Below, in pieces: positions 1 to 10,346 of a stretch of DNA of 64,000 nucleotides. The position numbers and the translations under genes are program-made. Position 1 is the first letter of the stretch. Each line of letters opens with the position of its first letter. Origin of the DNA: Haliotis rubra (Eukaryota); contig NW_025767042.1 of NCBI RefSeq assembly GCF_003918875.1, forward strand, positions 372,001 to 436,000, in the 5' to 3' direction. The notes below the pieces were generated by a model that made no database searches, was not told the origin of the DNA, and saw only the letters and a program-made list of their open reading frames with translations.

Positions 1-174
1 ATTATTCGGGTTTGCCATCTTGACACATGCGGGACAATCACTTGATACATTTAAATATTAGCATGAAGCCTATTGCGAGATTACTCACGGAAAGATAGGG
101 GCGTTGGGATAGCCTAATGGTTAAAGCGTCCGCCTGTCACGCCGAAGACTCGGGTTGGATTCTTCACATGGGTC

Positions 175-560
175 TCAGCTCCCTGGGAGGTATACATTCC
201 ATGCTTCCTGTGAGGTGGAAGAAGGTAAACAGTCATATTTCCATTTCATATCCCACCGGATACCCATTCACGACTGGATTAACAGTGGCATATTTCAAGC
301 AAGGTCAATTGCCTAAGGAGACATCACCTATCCTTCATATGCTTCAGTGAGGAGTCACAAGGTTGTGTCGGGCTTAGAAACAGCGTTAGAAAGACATATA
401 GGTATATAGACCCAACCCTAGCACTATATAAAAGGTCCTTTTATATAGTACTAGGGTTGGGTCTATATACCTATATGTCCTTCTAACGCTGTTTCTAAGC
501 ATGACACGCCCCTGTGTGAGGAGTGGGACCGAATCCCTAGAAGCTCACAGATATCATCGC
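175..560 (-). mobile_element. Old SINE with Deu/Nin-type central domain, interrupted by the P-like MITE
   Basis: Blocks tcagctccctggga, ggatacccatt...ctggattaacagtggca, caattgcctaaggagac and gggaccgaatccc resemble the reverse complement of a Deu/Nin-domain tRNA SINE. Confidence 0.35.
356..516. mobile_element. 161-bp fold-back MITE with 8-bp TSD, P-element-like termini
   Basis: Nearly perfect palindrome (apex aaagg-t-ccttt), ends CACAAGG...CCCCTGTG, flanked by tgaggagt at 348-355 and 517-524. Confidence 0.8.
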
Positions 561-886
561 AGTGGGTAGCCTAGTGGTTAAAGCGTTCGCTTGTCATGTC
601 CGGGTTCGATTCTCCACATGGGTACAATTTGCGGAATCTTTTTCTGGTGTCACCCGCCGTGATGTTGCTGGAATATTACTAAAAGCGTCGTAAAACTAAA
701 CTCACTCACCCACGGAAAGATAAACAATATCCTATCCAAAACGGAGAAATGAAGTATATGATAGTGAAATGGTTGTGTTTTTGTGTGAACCATTTATGAT
801 TGACTGTTAGAAACAGAAGGATCCGAATATAGTTACATACCTAGTGTTCTTGTAGTTCTCCCAAAGGACTGGGAGGGCGGTTGGGT

Positions 887-1035
887 GGGTGAGTGAGTGA
901 GTGAGTGAGTGAGTGAGTGAGGTGAGTGAGGTGAAGTGAGTGGAGGAGTAGTCGTGAGTGAGAATATTTCGGAGGAGTGAGTGAGTGAGTGAGTGTGTGA
1001 GTGCGTGAGTGAGTGAGTGAGTGAGTGCGTGCGTG
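887..1035. repeat. (GAGT)n microsatellite
   Basis: Directly visible; same motif as SINE tails. Confidence 0.9.
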
Positions 1036-1735
1036 TATTGTTTAACGTATCAGCAGATTTGGCAGCAATTCGCAGCTATGTGCAGGTCGAACAAGACACA
1101 ATGAGCGAGCATCTCTTTTTTCAAAATGTAATGTTCTTTACAATATTTTATGACACAAATAGATAAATGAGATCAATGAGTGTGTCAAACGGAGTTAACC
1201 AACCCTTAGGTGAGTATTACACACACATGGTAACGTGAATCTGCGTGGCTACTTCGTTGAACTGACATACAAAAGATTTTGAGTATTGTTTGTTAGCAAA
1301 TAAAGATAGTACACACGTGGATTTGGGGGATTGTTTGTTAAAAAACGAAAGTGGGTATGATTGCCGATGGTTTTGGAGAAAATGCCTGCTTACTGTCGAG
1401 GAAATGATTTGTAGATGTTGCAATAAGTTTTTAGACCCGTGGAATGCCGCTGCCGATCGAATGTAGCCCTACATAGGTGCTGTCAACGTGGCTGGTGAGT
1501 TTTCGCTGTCTTGGGTGATCCATGATTTTGGCTTGGAATTGCGGAGGTAGCTGTTTTCGGGGAGTCGTGGCGTATAAGTTTTGAAATAATGATCCGATTG
1601 TGACCATTTATAGCTCATTTTGTAGGGGAATCATCTCGCTTTGATCCGTAGGCCTCGACGGGGCCTTAAAAATAGTTTACGTGGTGAAATCTAACTTAGA
1701 TTGAGGAGGGGGTGGTTCCGTCGTTACATCCCTTT

Positions 1736-1816
1736 CCTTTTATATAGTACTAGGGTAGGGTCTATATACCTATATGTCTTTCTAACGCTGTTTCTAAGCG
1801 TGACACGTCCCCTGTG
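1736..1816. mobile_element. Single terminal arm of the same P-like family
   Basis: Near-identical to the right arm (438-516) of the fold-back MITE; ends CCCCTGTG. Confidence 0.75.
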
Positions 1817-2677
1817 GTAATATGTACATTGTTTAAACATTGGTTGATGAAAGGTAGCATGGAACATTTGAATTAAAACGAATAATAATCATTTAGAAAC
1901 ACATTCACTGGCATTAATAATTACGTTGCTTCCACGAGCCCGATTATATGTAAGCTTGATTTACTGAATGTATATAATGTCTAAACGTTACTTTATTATA
2001 CTGTGAACTATTTTGATGTACACTAAATTGTTAGATTAGTGCTACATGTCTGCCCTAACTATGATACAGATATTCCCTGTTGTACCTAGTCAATACTGGA
2101 TAGTTTAAATGATGATATTCGTATAAAACAACAGTATGGAACACAACAAAAAACAGAGAACATATGAACATAATTTAAGAACATACAATGGACGAAATGA
2201 ACATGGTTTACCTTCAAATAACCAAGAGAAGCATCGATTAGTGGCCAGTCTTTATTCGGTGAATTTCATGAGTGAAATACCCCGTATAAAGGCCGTGATA
2301 TATACCACCGATGCTCTCAGAGTTCGTGATATGGTTGAATTAAAACGAATAATAATCATTTAGAAACACATTCACTGGCATACACTTTCATTGCAAACAC
2401 GCAATAATATATACACATGTGCACAAAAGTTACGTTGCTTCCACGAGCCCGATTATATGTAAGCTTGATTTACTGAACTTATATAAAGTCTAAAGGCGGC
2501 CGTCCATACAGGAAGCGCGCAAGCAGCGCTGTGCTAAGCAGCGCGTCGGCGCGTTTATTCTGTGCCTCTTTTCGAGCAGCGCGTTACCGAGTCTATCCAT
2601 ACAAAAATTGAACTGAAATTAAGATTTTGGTGACTTGGTCATATTGCATTTCTTTTGTTAGTGTGTTTCAGAAGAAG

Positions 2678-3087
2678 GATGCAGGTTATAGATTCCTGAT
2701 CATTGACGTAGGGGCCTACGGTCGCAACAGTGATGGTGGTATTCTTGCATTTTCAGCGCTTGGAAACGCTCTTGAAGGGAATAAACTGAGCATACCAAAA
2801 GATTCGGTTCTACCTGGAGACACCGATCATGGGCCTATGCCTTACGTCTTTGTTGCAGATGAAGCCTTCCCGCTCAAAAGACACATCATGAGACCGTATC
2901 CAGGAAACCTGAGAGCAAACGCATTTTCAACGATCGTCTTTCTAGATCCAGAAGAGTAGTAGAAAATGCGTTTGGCATTCTTGCAAACAGATGGCGCATA
3001 TTCCACAGAAAGAACAATCTGAAGGTTGAGAGAGTCAAAAAGATAACACTGGTTTCATGTGTCCTGCATAATTTTGTACTGCGAGAC
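2678..3087 (+). pseudogene. Harbinger/HARBI1-like DDE transposase C-terminal fragment, frameshifted
   Basis: DAGYRFLIIDVGAYGRNSDGGIL...PYVFVADEAFPLKRHIMRPYPG, frameshift near 2915, then KRIFNDRLSRSRRVVENAFGILANRWRIF...CVLHNF. These are DDE_Tnp_4 motifs; the N-terminal half is absent. Confidence 0.9.
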
Positions 3088-3432
3088 ACCCCCAACCATT
3101 ATCTGATGAGGGGCAAGCACAGTGTAGAACTCAAGCGCTGGTAGATGTTGGTGGAATTGGTAATCACCCTGGAACAGACGCCATGCAAACGCGTGACAAC
3201 TTTTGAAGGTATTTCTGTTCACCTTCCGGAGAGATTCCCTGGCAATGCACAACCGTTCGAAGAGGTACAACTTAAAGGAGTACACAAGTGCATTTTTGTG
3301 GGTGTCTGCTAATGTACAAAACTGCAGTCATATATTGACAATTTTAAAAGGGTGCCTGCTTTTGAAAATGTTCACGAGTTCAAAATTTGGATGTAGTTTG
3401 TTTCAGTTGTTGTCAATAACACATGATATTAC

Positions 3433-3580
3433 CTGTTGACTCGCATGCTTGGCTGATTGTTGTCCATGCATTATTTGACATTTCTGCATCTTTATAATGT
3501 CTGCTGTCAATATAATAGAGACAGGGATGTTTCTGTACCTCCGTGATCAATAATTCCTCATTTATTTGTGTTCTTGGCAT
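3433..3580 (-). pseudogene. MADF (Myb/SANT-like) DNA-binding protein of the Harbinger element, first coding exon only
   Basis: MPRTQINEELLITEVQKHPCLYYIDSRHYKDAEMSNNAWTTISQACEST followed by ag|gtaata donor; LI..V...P.LY......YK......AW..I is the MADF signature. Confidence 0.82.
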
Positions 3581-4152
3581 CGTATATGTCTGAAATAACA
3601 AAATTTTGACCAAAGCACGTGTATATCCCAGACATGCGGAAGAGTGAGATTCCCCAGTGCGTCAGCGCGTCAAGCAGCAAAAAATCGCTTTTTTTGCGAT
3701 TCAAAACTTTTGACGCCGACGCGCTGCTTGAATGGAGTGGCATAAACTTGAAATAACTGTGGCGATTTTTTCGGAAATGACGTGACGCGCAGCGCTGCTT
3801 GCGCGCTTCTTGTATGGACGGCCGCCTTAAACGTTACTATATTATACTGTGAACTATTTTGATGTACACTAAATTGTTCTTTTTCTCTTTACACAAAATG
3901 GAATCGGTATCGGAGGTTAGTCAGCTTTGTATATTATTTATTGTTCGGATCTACAGATTGTTCACAGTGACATTTTATGCAATCTGCACCTGGCACAAAG
4001 AGGCAATTAACGGCCGTTCTTAGTGTGGGCACGTTGATTCGCGGTAAAATATCACTACTGGGAATAGCTTCAGCGCCACACGATAAGGGAATCGATCCTA
4101 GATTTAGGCACATCAAGGCAACGCTGTAACCACTATGACATGCCTTTTAAAT

Positions 4153-4506
4153 GACCGCCTCCGTGGTGTGGTGGTTAGAGCGTCCGCCCGGAGAGCGGAA
4201 GGACGCGGGTTCGATCCGCGACCGCGTCATACCAAAAAGACGTTTAAATATGGTACTTGTTGGTCCCTGCCTGGCGCTCGGCATTAATGGGTACAACAAG
4301 GACTGGTCGACTCGGAGTCAGTATAATGTGTCTGAGTGGGGTATTCATGCTTCACTGCGGCATGGTATCACAGTGGGCTAGCACTATAAAACCAGCTTCA
4401 GTCTGGGCTAGTACAAGCAGCCGCACATACACATACACACGCATGCACGTCGTCATATGAGCGAAATATTCTCAAGCACGACGTTAAACCCAATTTCACC
4501 TCACCT
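4153..4506 (+). mobile_element. Family C tRNA-derived SINE (RUDI-like, ~355 bp)
   Basis: A/B-box head, body gtcataccaaaagacg...gactggtcggctcggagtcagtataatgtgtctgagtgggg...gctagcactataaaa, (cacct)n tail. Confidence 0.85.
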
Positions 4507-4699
4507 CTTAAGTACAGTAAGACCTTTTTTACGCATAATCGCAGTTCATTTAAATTTCTCTTACTATGTGACAGAACAACAGACAGACAGAGACAGAGAC
4601 AGAGCGTGAGAGAGCCTGAGCTTATTCGACTGCAAGACACCTACTCGTAAGACACGGAACAAACGTCACGACATTACGGTTGATCGGAATTTGCATAAC

Positions 4700-4812
4700 C
4701 AGGGTCCCTATCCACAAAACGTTCGTAGCTCTACGACATTCGTAAGTCTATCATATACCATAGAGTTACGACAGATCGTAACGTTACGAACGCTTTGTGG
4801 ATTGGGGCCCTG
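4700..4812. mobile_element. Short MITE
   Basis: cagggtccctatccacaaaacgttcgta / tacgaacgctttgtggattggggccctg inverted ends; related ends near 11918 and 28006. Confidence 0.6.
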
Positions 4813-6649
4813 ACCCGTCAAAATCCTGGTAAGAATTGTCTTCAGTAAGCCATGCTTGTCGTGAGAGGCGACAAGCGGATCGGGTGGTCAGACTCGCTGA
4901 CTTGGTTGACACATGTCATCGCATCCCAGTTGCGTAGATGGATGCTTATGGAGTCAATCGCTGGGATTGTCTGGTCCAGACTCGATTATTTACAGACCGC
5001 CGCCATATAGCTGGAATATTGCTGAGTGCGGCGTTAAACAAAAAAATAAATAAATCATTTCGTTACCTGCAACCGTTAATACTGAAATTCCCCCCCAAAA
5101 AACGACAAACGTTTTCATTTCAAATAAAATATTTGAATTATTCCTTCCATTCAAGCCACTGCACGACTCAGTTTGTATAAACCCATTTACTCTTTTGCTG
5201 AGCTATCAAACAAGATCATTTACAAGTGCACCAATTAAAATATACTACTAACCTAAAAATGATCGGCAGAGGTCAACGTTACCAAAATTCAAGAAATATT
5301 TTTAATTATTAGCCACTACGAGCTATATATGGTAATAACCCACAAGCTATTACAAGCGTCCTCTGCCACAAGGTCTATAGGTTCTTTCAAGGTGTGACGC
5401 AACGACTGCTTGTGACCGCGCAACGAAAACATGAGGACCTTTCTCCTTGAACGGTGTATTGTGACATACGTTTGGCAATCACTAATTGTCTCATTATGGA
5501 TTACACGAATGCCATATATTTCCGAACTTCAATTATACGCTTACTACAATCGAGGAAGGAAATGGCGAGTTTTAATGAGTTCCAGGTTGGTCTGCAAAGG
5601 AAACAATCCCCAACATTGGGTCGGTTCTTGAAGACAGGAGAATGAAACGTGAAGCTCCTTACAGCGTTCGGCGTAATGAAGGAAATGGAGCTTGCAAACA
5701 ATATGCGCACACCTCTCGGCACGCGACCGTCTCGAGCTGAGCTCGTGCATGGGGTTGATCGTCAATCTCCCAAACCCTCATCTATTGCACTAGCTTCCTG
5801 TGTTTGTCGTTTGTGTATGCCTCTGGGCGTTAGTTTATTGAAATCTGACAAAAATTCGAATTCAAAAGTCAATGGAAAAGTATCACATGGCCATCAGTCC
5901 CATTACGTTGAATGTCGGTGGGTACGAGGTCGTGTAATACAACCACGTCGCGCCTTGGGCGTGTCGCAACAGCAGAGGTTATTCAACACTTCATATGGGT
6001 TTATGTGGGAAGAAAGGAAACTATGCGCTAGTATTTCATAGTCTCGAATCAAGCGCTCTTTCAGGCTCCTTGTGACCGCCCAGCCCATTAACAAACGGGC
6101 CACTGTTCTCACGAAACAATGCTCTTATGACAATACGGAGGTATGCAAGGCGCTGTGAGGAGCCGTGAGCTATTAACGAGGCCATCGGCGCCATTGACGA
6201 GAAAATTAGATTCGCGAACCACAAACATTTCAATGTGGTTCGTCTTAAACAACTCGGCGAGACACGAAACTAGACCGATGGTGTTTAGTTCATCGCTTTA
6301 GTTTAAAGATGGTTCGTGTTAATGCATCTTGAGAAAATTTCAAACAAACGTTACATTTCAAATGATACCGAAAATTAAAAACAAACTTTGAAAATATTTG
6401 AAAGAGGATGCTGCAGGTGCCAAGGTGATGCACCTGGAACTCGAACTCCAAAATTTTGAACATGTGTCTCTTATAAGGCTCATCACGGGGTCCCAGCGGG
6501 GTATTCACAGACAGTGTATCTTTGAAGTATCGTAATCATCAATAAATATACGTTCAATACATCATAATTAATTAATATCCGTGAAGTATCACCATTATCA
6601 TCAGCTGATATCTGTGAAGTATGAAATAAATTGTGTCCAGTGTGTAATA

Positions 6650-7640
6650 GACTGAGGTACAAATGAAAGTACACAACGCGCCCAGCTGACCATCGACAGA
6701 ATCGTCAACGCTGGGCGCGGAACGTCAGGCGCTAGTAACATCACAATTGGGAACGACATTTTGGGCGTTTTGGCAACACGTACACAATGTTTGTGACTTG
6801 CAAGACACAATCAAAACACTTTTCAATATATTTGCCCTGACTTGTTTGAGTGGTATTTTAGAACATACAATATACAACAAGCTTTGTGGATAACAAGGGG
6901 TGGTGGGGTAGCCCAATGGTTAAAGCGTTGGCTCGTCAGGCCGAAGACCCGGGTTCCCCACATGGGTACAATGTGTGAAGCCCATTTCTGGTGTCCCCCG
7001 CCGTGATGTAGCTGGAATATTGCTAAAAGCGGCGTAAAACCAAATTCAGTCAGTCAGTTATGGATAACAACTTCTTTATTTCGTGAGTACGACGTTTCGA
7101 TACAGATTCTTGTTCCGTTGTAAAGCGGGAATGACACATCTCCCCCTCTACATATATCATTCCTGATTGACAACGGTACAAGATTCTGTATCGAAACGTC
7201 GCAATCACGAAATAAAGACGTTGTTATCCATAAAGTTGTTATATATTATATTTACCTTGGTCTGTAGTAGGTCTGTACTTTCTTTTGGACGTCAGCATAT
7301 TAAATATTGGAAGACCTGAAGCGCATACTAAATCACGTCCTCCTAATATAAACATACACATAAAACATATATTCCACTTCATAGAAGAATCAACTATCAG
7401 TTGATGTTAGTAGGTAAACTGACGTTCAAAAAAAAGTACACAGCTGATGCGTTGGTACAATGTTTTCCTGAAAACAGCGTAATATTTAGATTGATTGCGA
7501 CTCACAAGTCACAAACATTGTGTACGTGTTGCAATAACACCATAGATATCGTACCCAATTGGAACATTGCTAGCAAAATATTTACGTTGTTTTGATAGTC
7601 CCAAAGCGCCATGTGTGTACTTTCTTTTGCACATCAGTAT
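6650..7640. mobile_element. Old fold-back/MITE with ~160-bp degenerate inverted arms, hosting nested Penelope-like and SINE insertions
   Basis: gcaacacgtacacaatgtttgtgacttg (about 6773-6800) is inverted as caagtcacaaacattgtgtacgtgttgc (about 7505-7532), with further collinear matches. Confidence 0.65.
6843..7250. mobile_element. Penelope-like inverted-terminal remnant with hammerhead motif; a family A SINE is inserted at 6897-7058
   Basis: Inverted arms carrying TTGACAA-stem-CGAAACGTCG and AATAAA; SINE TSD tggataacaa. Confidence 0.7.
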
Positions 7641-9493
7641 AGTTTATTCCACAGTATCTTACATTGAAGATGGAGAAGGCACATCATCTGCCATTTTGAC
7701 TCTGTGAAGGCCTTGTGGTGGAAACGGTCGTTTGAAACGCCGAAGTGCGGGTTCGATTCCCCACATGGTTACAATGTATTATGCAATTTCTGTCTAACCA
7801 CGTCGAATATTGATAAAAACAGCGTTTACCCATATTCACTAACTCAAGGATAGTTGGCTAGCCTTTGTGTTTAAACGCGTGCCCACATGTTCTTAAAGTT
7901 GTACACTTTCTGGAATCACAGTTTCAATCGGATCAAAGACAAAGGATTCATGGATTTGTCCCACATAATTCCTACCCTGGTCAACTTAAAGAGTGAGTTT
8001 AGTTTTACGCCGCGTTTAGCATTAGTCCAGCAATATCACGGCGGGAGACACCATAAATGGACTGCACACATTTATGGCGAGGGAAACCGAACCCGGGCCT
8101 TCGGCGTGACGAACGAACGCTTTAACCACTGGGCTACCCCACTGCCCCAACGTAAAGAGACGTAATTCAGTTCATATTTTCTCTCACCATCTCGGTCAAA
8201 GACAAAAGAATCGTGGACTTGTCCCAAATAATTGCTGTCCTGGTCAACATAAAGAGACCAGAGAAGACACAGATGTATAATTCAGTTCGAAGACCCTTCA
8301 TATTTTCTCTCTCTTTTTCCTATATTGTGGATGGTTATAGTCATTGTGCTCGTGCAGCGGATGTGTTCCTTTGTTCCCTATTTAGCAATGGTTTATGATT
8401 CTGTAGCAGCTTCAAAATATTCTGTTCCTGATCCTAAAATAACCACACACAACGAAAACGAAATAGGAAATGAATTGAAAAAGGCGGCACAATTTTTGAA
8501 GAACCGAGTCATCAGTTACGGAGATTTTATTGTTTTGTGTGTGTTGCAGATTCTGAGATTTTGCTTTAAAGTGATAATGTCATAATATAAGAAATATAAA
8601 GTTAACGTATTCGTACCCAGAGTGACAGTGACACAGCACGTTGTTTCCACCAAAGCGAACTTTACTAACCCTCTACCTGTTGGTGGTGGGGTTAACGCGT
8701 TCGCTCCTCTCGCCCGAGGACCTGGGTTCGATTTCCCACATGGGCACAATGTGTGAATCCCATTTCTGGTGTGCCCCGCCGCGATATTGCTGGAATATTG
8801 CTAAAAAGGGGCGTAAAAATAACCCACTCACTCACACACTCACTAAGTACGTATGAAAATGTAAAAGTGGTACAAACAATGGGCACTTGAAGACCCGGGT
8901 TCGATTCCCCACATGGGTACAATGTGTGAAGCCCGTTTCTGGTGTCTCCGCCGTGATATTGCTGGAATATTGCTTCAAGCGGCCTAAAACTAAACTCACT
9001 CACTCACTATACCTGTTACAGCGTCAGTTATCGTAACTAACCACTCATTTCACACCAAAGTTACCTTCCATGCCAATTTAATGGATTTGTCTTTGGATTT
9101 GAGCCCGTCAAGATCCGGGTTAGAATTGCTCTTCAACAACCCATGCTTGTCATAAGAGGCGACATATCTGGTGGTCAGGCTCGCTGACTTGCTTGACACA
9201 AGTCACCGTACCCCAACTGCGTAGATCGATGCTCATGCCGTTGGTCACTGGATTGTCTGGTCCAAACTCGATTATTTACAGACCGCCGCCATATAGCTGG
9301 AATATTGCTGAGTGCGGCGTCAAGCAACAAACCAACCAACCAACAAAAAAATGATGACGTCACGTTAATGTTGTAGCAGAGCCAGATATTTAACATTGTA
9401 AACATGTTATTAATGCAAGTAAAACTAACACAAGTATAAGTCATTATCCAAAAGTAAGGGGAAAGTAAGTACGAAACAAGACATGGTTTAAAT

Positions 9494-10346
9494 CGGAGAA
9501 ATCACACGGATCTGTTGAATCAACTGCAGTACGGAGAAATCACACGGATCTGTTGAATCAACTGCAGTACGGAGAAATCACATGGATCTGTTGAATTAAC
9601 TGCAGTACGGAGAAATCACATGGATCTGTTGAATCAACTGCAGTACGGAGAAATCACATGGATCTGTTGAATCAACTGCAGTACGGAGAATCACATGTAT
9701 CTGTTGAATCAACTGCAGTACGGAGAAATCACACGGATCTGTTGAATTAACTGCAGTACGGAGAAATCACACGGATATTCTGTTGAATCAACTGCAGTAC
9801 GGAGAAATCACATGGATCTGTTGAATCAACTGCAGTACGGAGAAATCACACGGATCTGTTGAATCAACTGCAGTACGGAGAAATCACATGAATCTGTTGA
9901 ATCAACTGCAGTACGGAGAAATCACATGGATCTGTTGAATCAACTGCAGTACGGAGAAATCACATGAATCTGTTGAATCAACTGTAGTACGAAGAAATCA
10001 CATGAATCTGTTGAATTAACTGCAGTACGGAGAAATCACATGAATCTGTTGAATCAACTGCAGTACGGAGAAATCACATGGATCTGTTGAATCAACTGCA
10101 GTACTGTTGAATCAACTGCAGTACGGAGAAATCACACGGATCTGTTGAATCAACTGCAGTACGGAGAAATCACATGGATCTGTTGAATCAACTGCAGTAC
10201 GGAGAAATCACATGGATCTGTTGAATCAACTGCAGTACGGAGAAATCACATGGATCTGTTGAATCAACTGCAGTACGGAGAAATCACACGGATCTGTTGA
10301 ATCAACTGCAGTACGGAGAAATCACACGGATCTGTTGAATTAACTG
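9494..10346. repeat. 38-bp minisatellite, ~22 copies
   Basis: Unit cggagaaatcac(a/g)tggatctgttgaatcaactgcagta, abutting units with no spacers. Confidence 0.95.

Larger units (their letters stand above)
99..709 (+). mobile_element. Family A SINE composite (head 99-174 plus second copy 563-709) within one TSD pair
   Basis: cacggaaagata repeated at 87-98 and 711-722; two tRNA-like heads. Confidence 0.6.
2494..3827. mobile_element. Internally deleted PIF/Harbinger DNA transposon (1334 bp)
   Basis: About 38-bp TIRs AGGCGGCCGTCCATACA(G/A)GAAGCGCGCAAGCAGCGCTG, TAA TSD (2491-2493, 3828-3830), transposase remnant plus MADF gene. The empty site gtc-TAA-acgttac is visible in the duplicate at 1979-1991. 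Confidence 0.93.

Noticed and set aside
4151-4460. Recurrent ORFs such as PAWRSALMGTTRTGRLGVSIMCLSG (also at 20962, 23706, 26122)
   Set aside because: Translations of family C SINE copies, not a protein family.
9494-10346. 38-bp partly palindromic repeat resembling a CRISPR array
   Set aside because: Units abut with no unique spacers, there are no cas genes, and the context is eukaryotic. It is a minisatellite.
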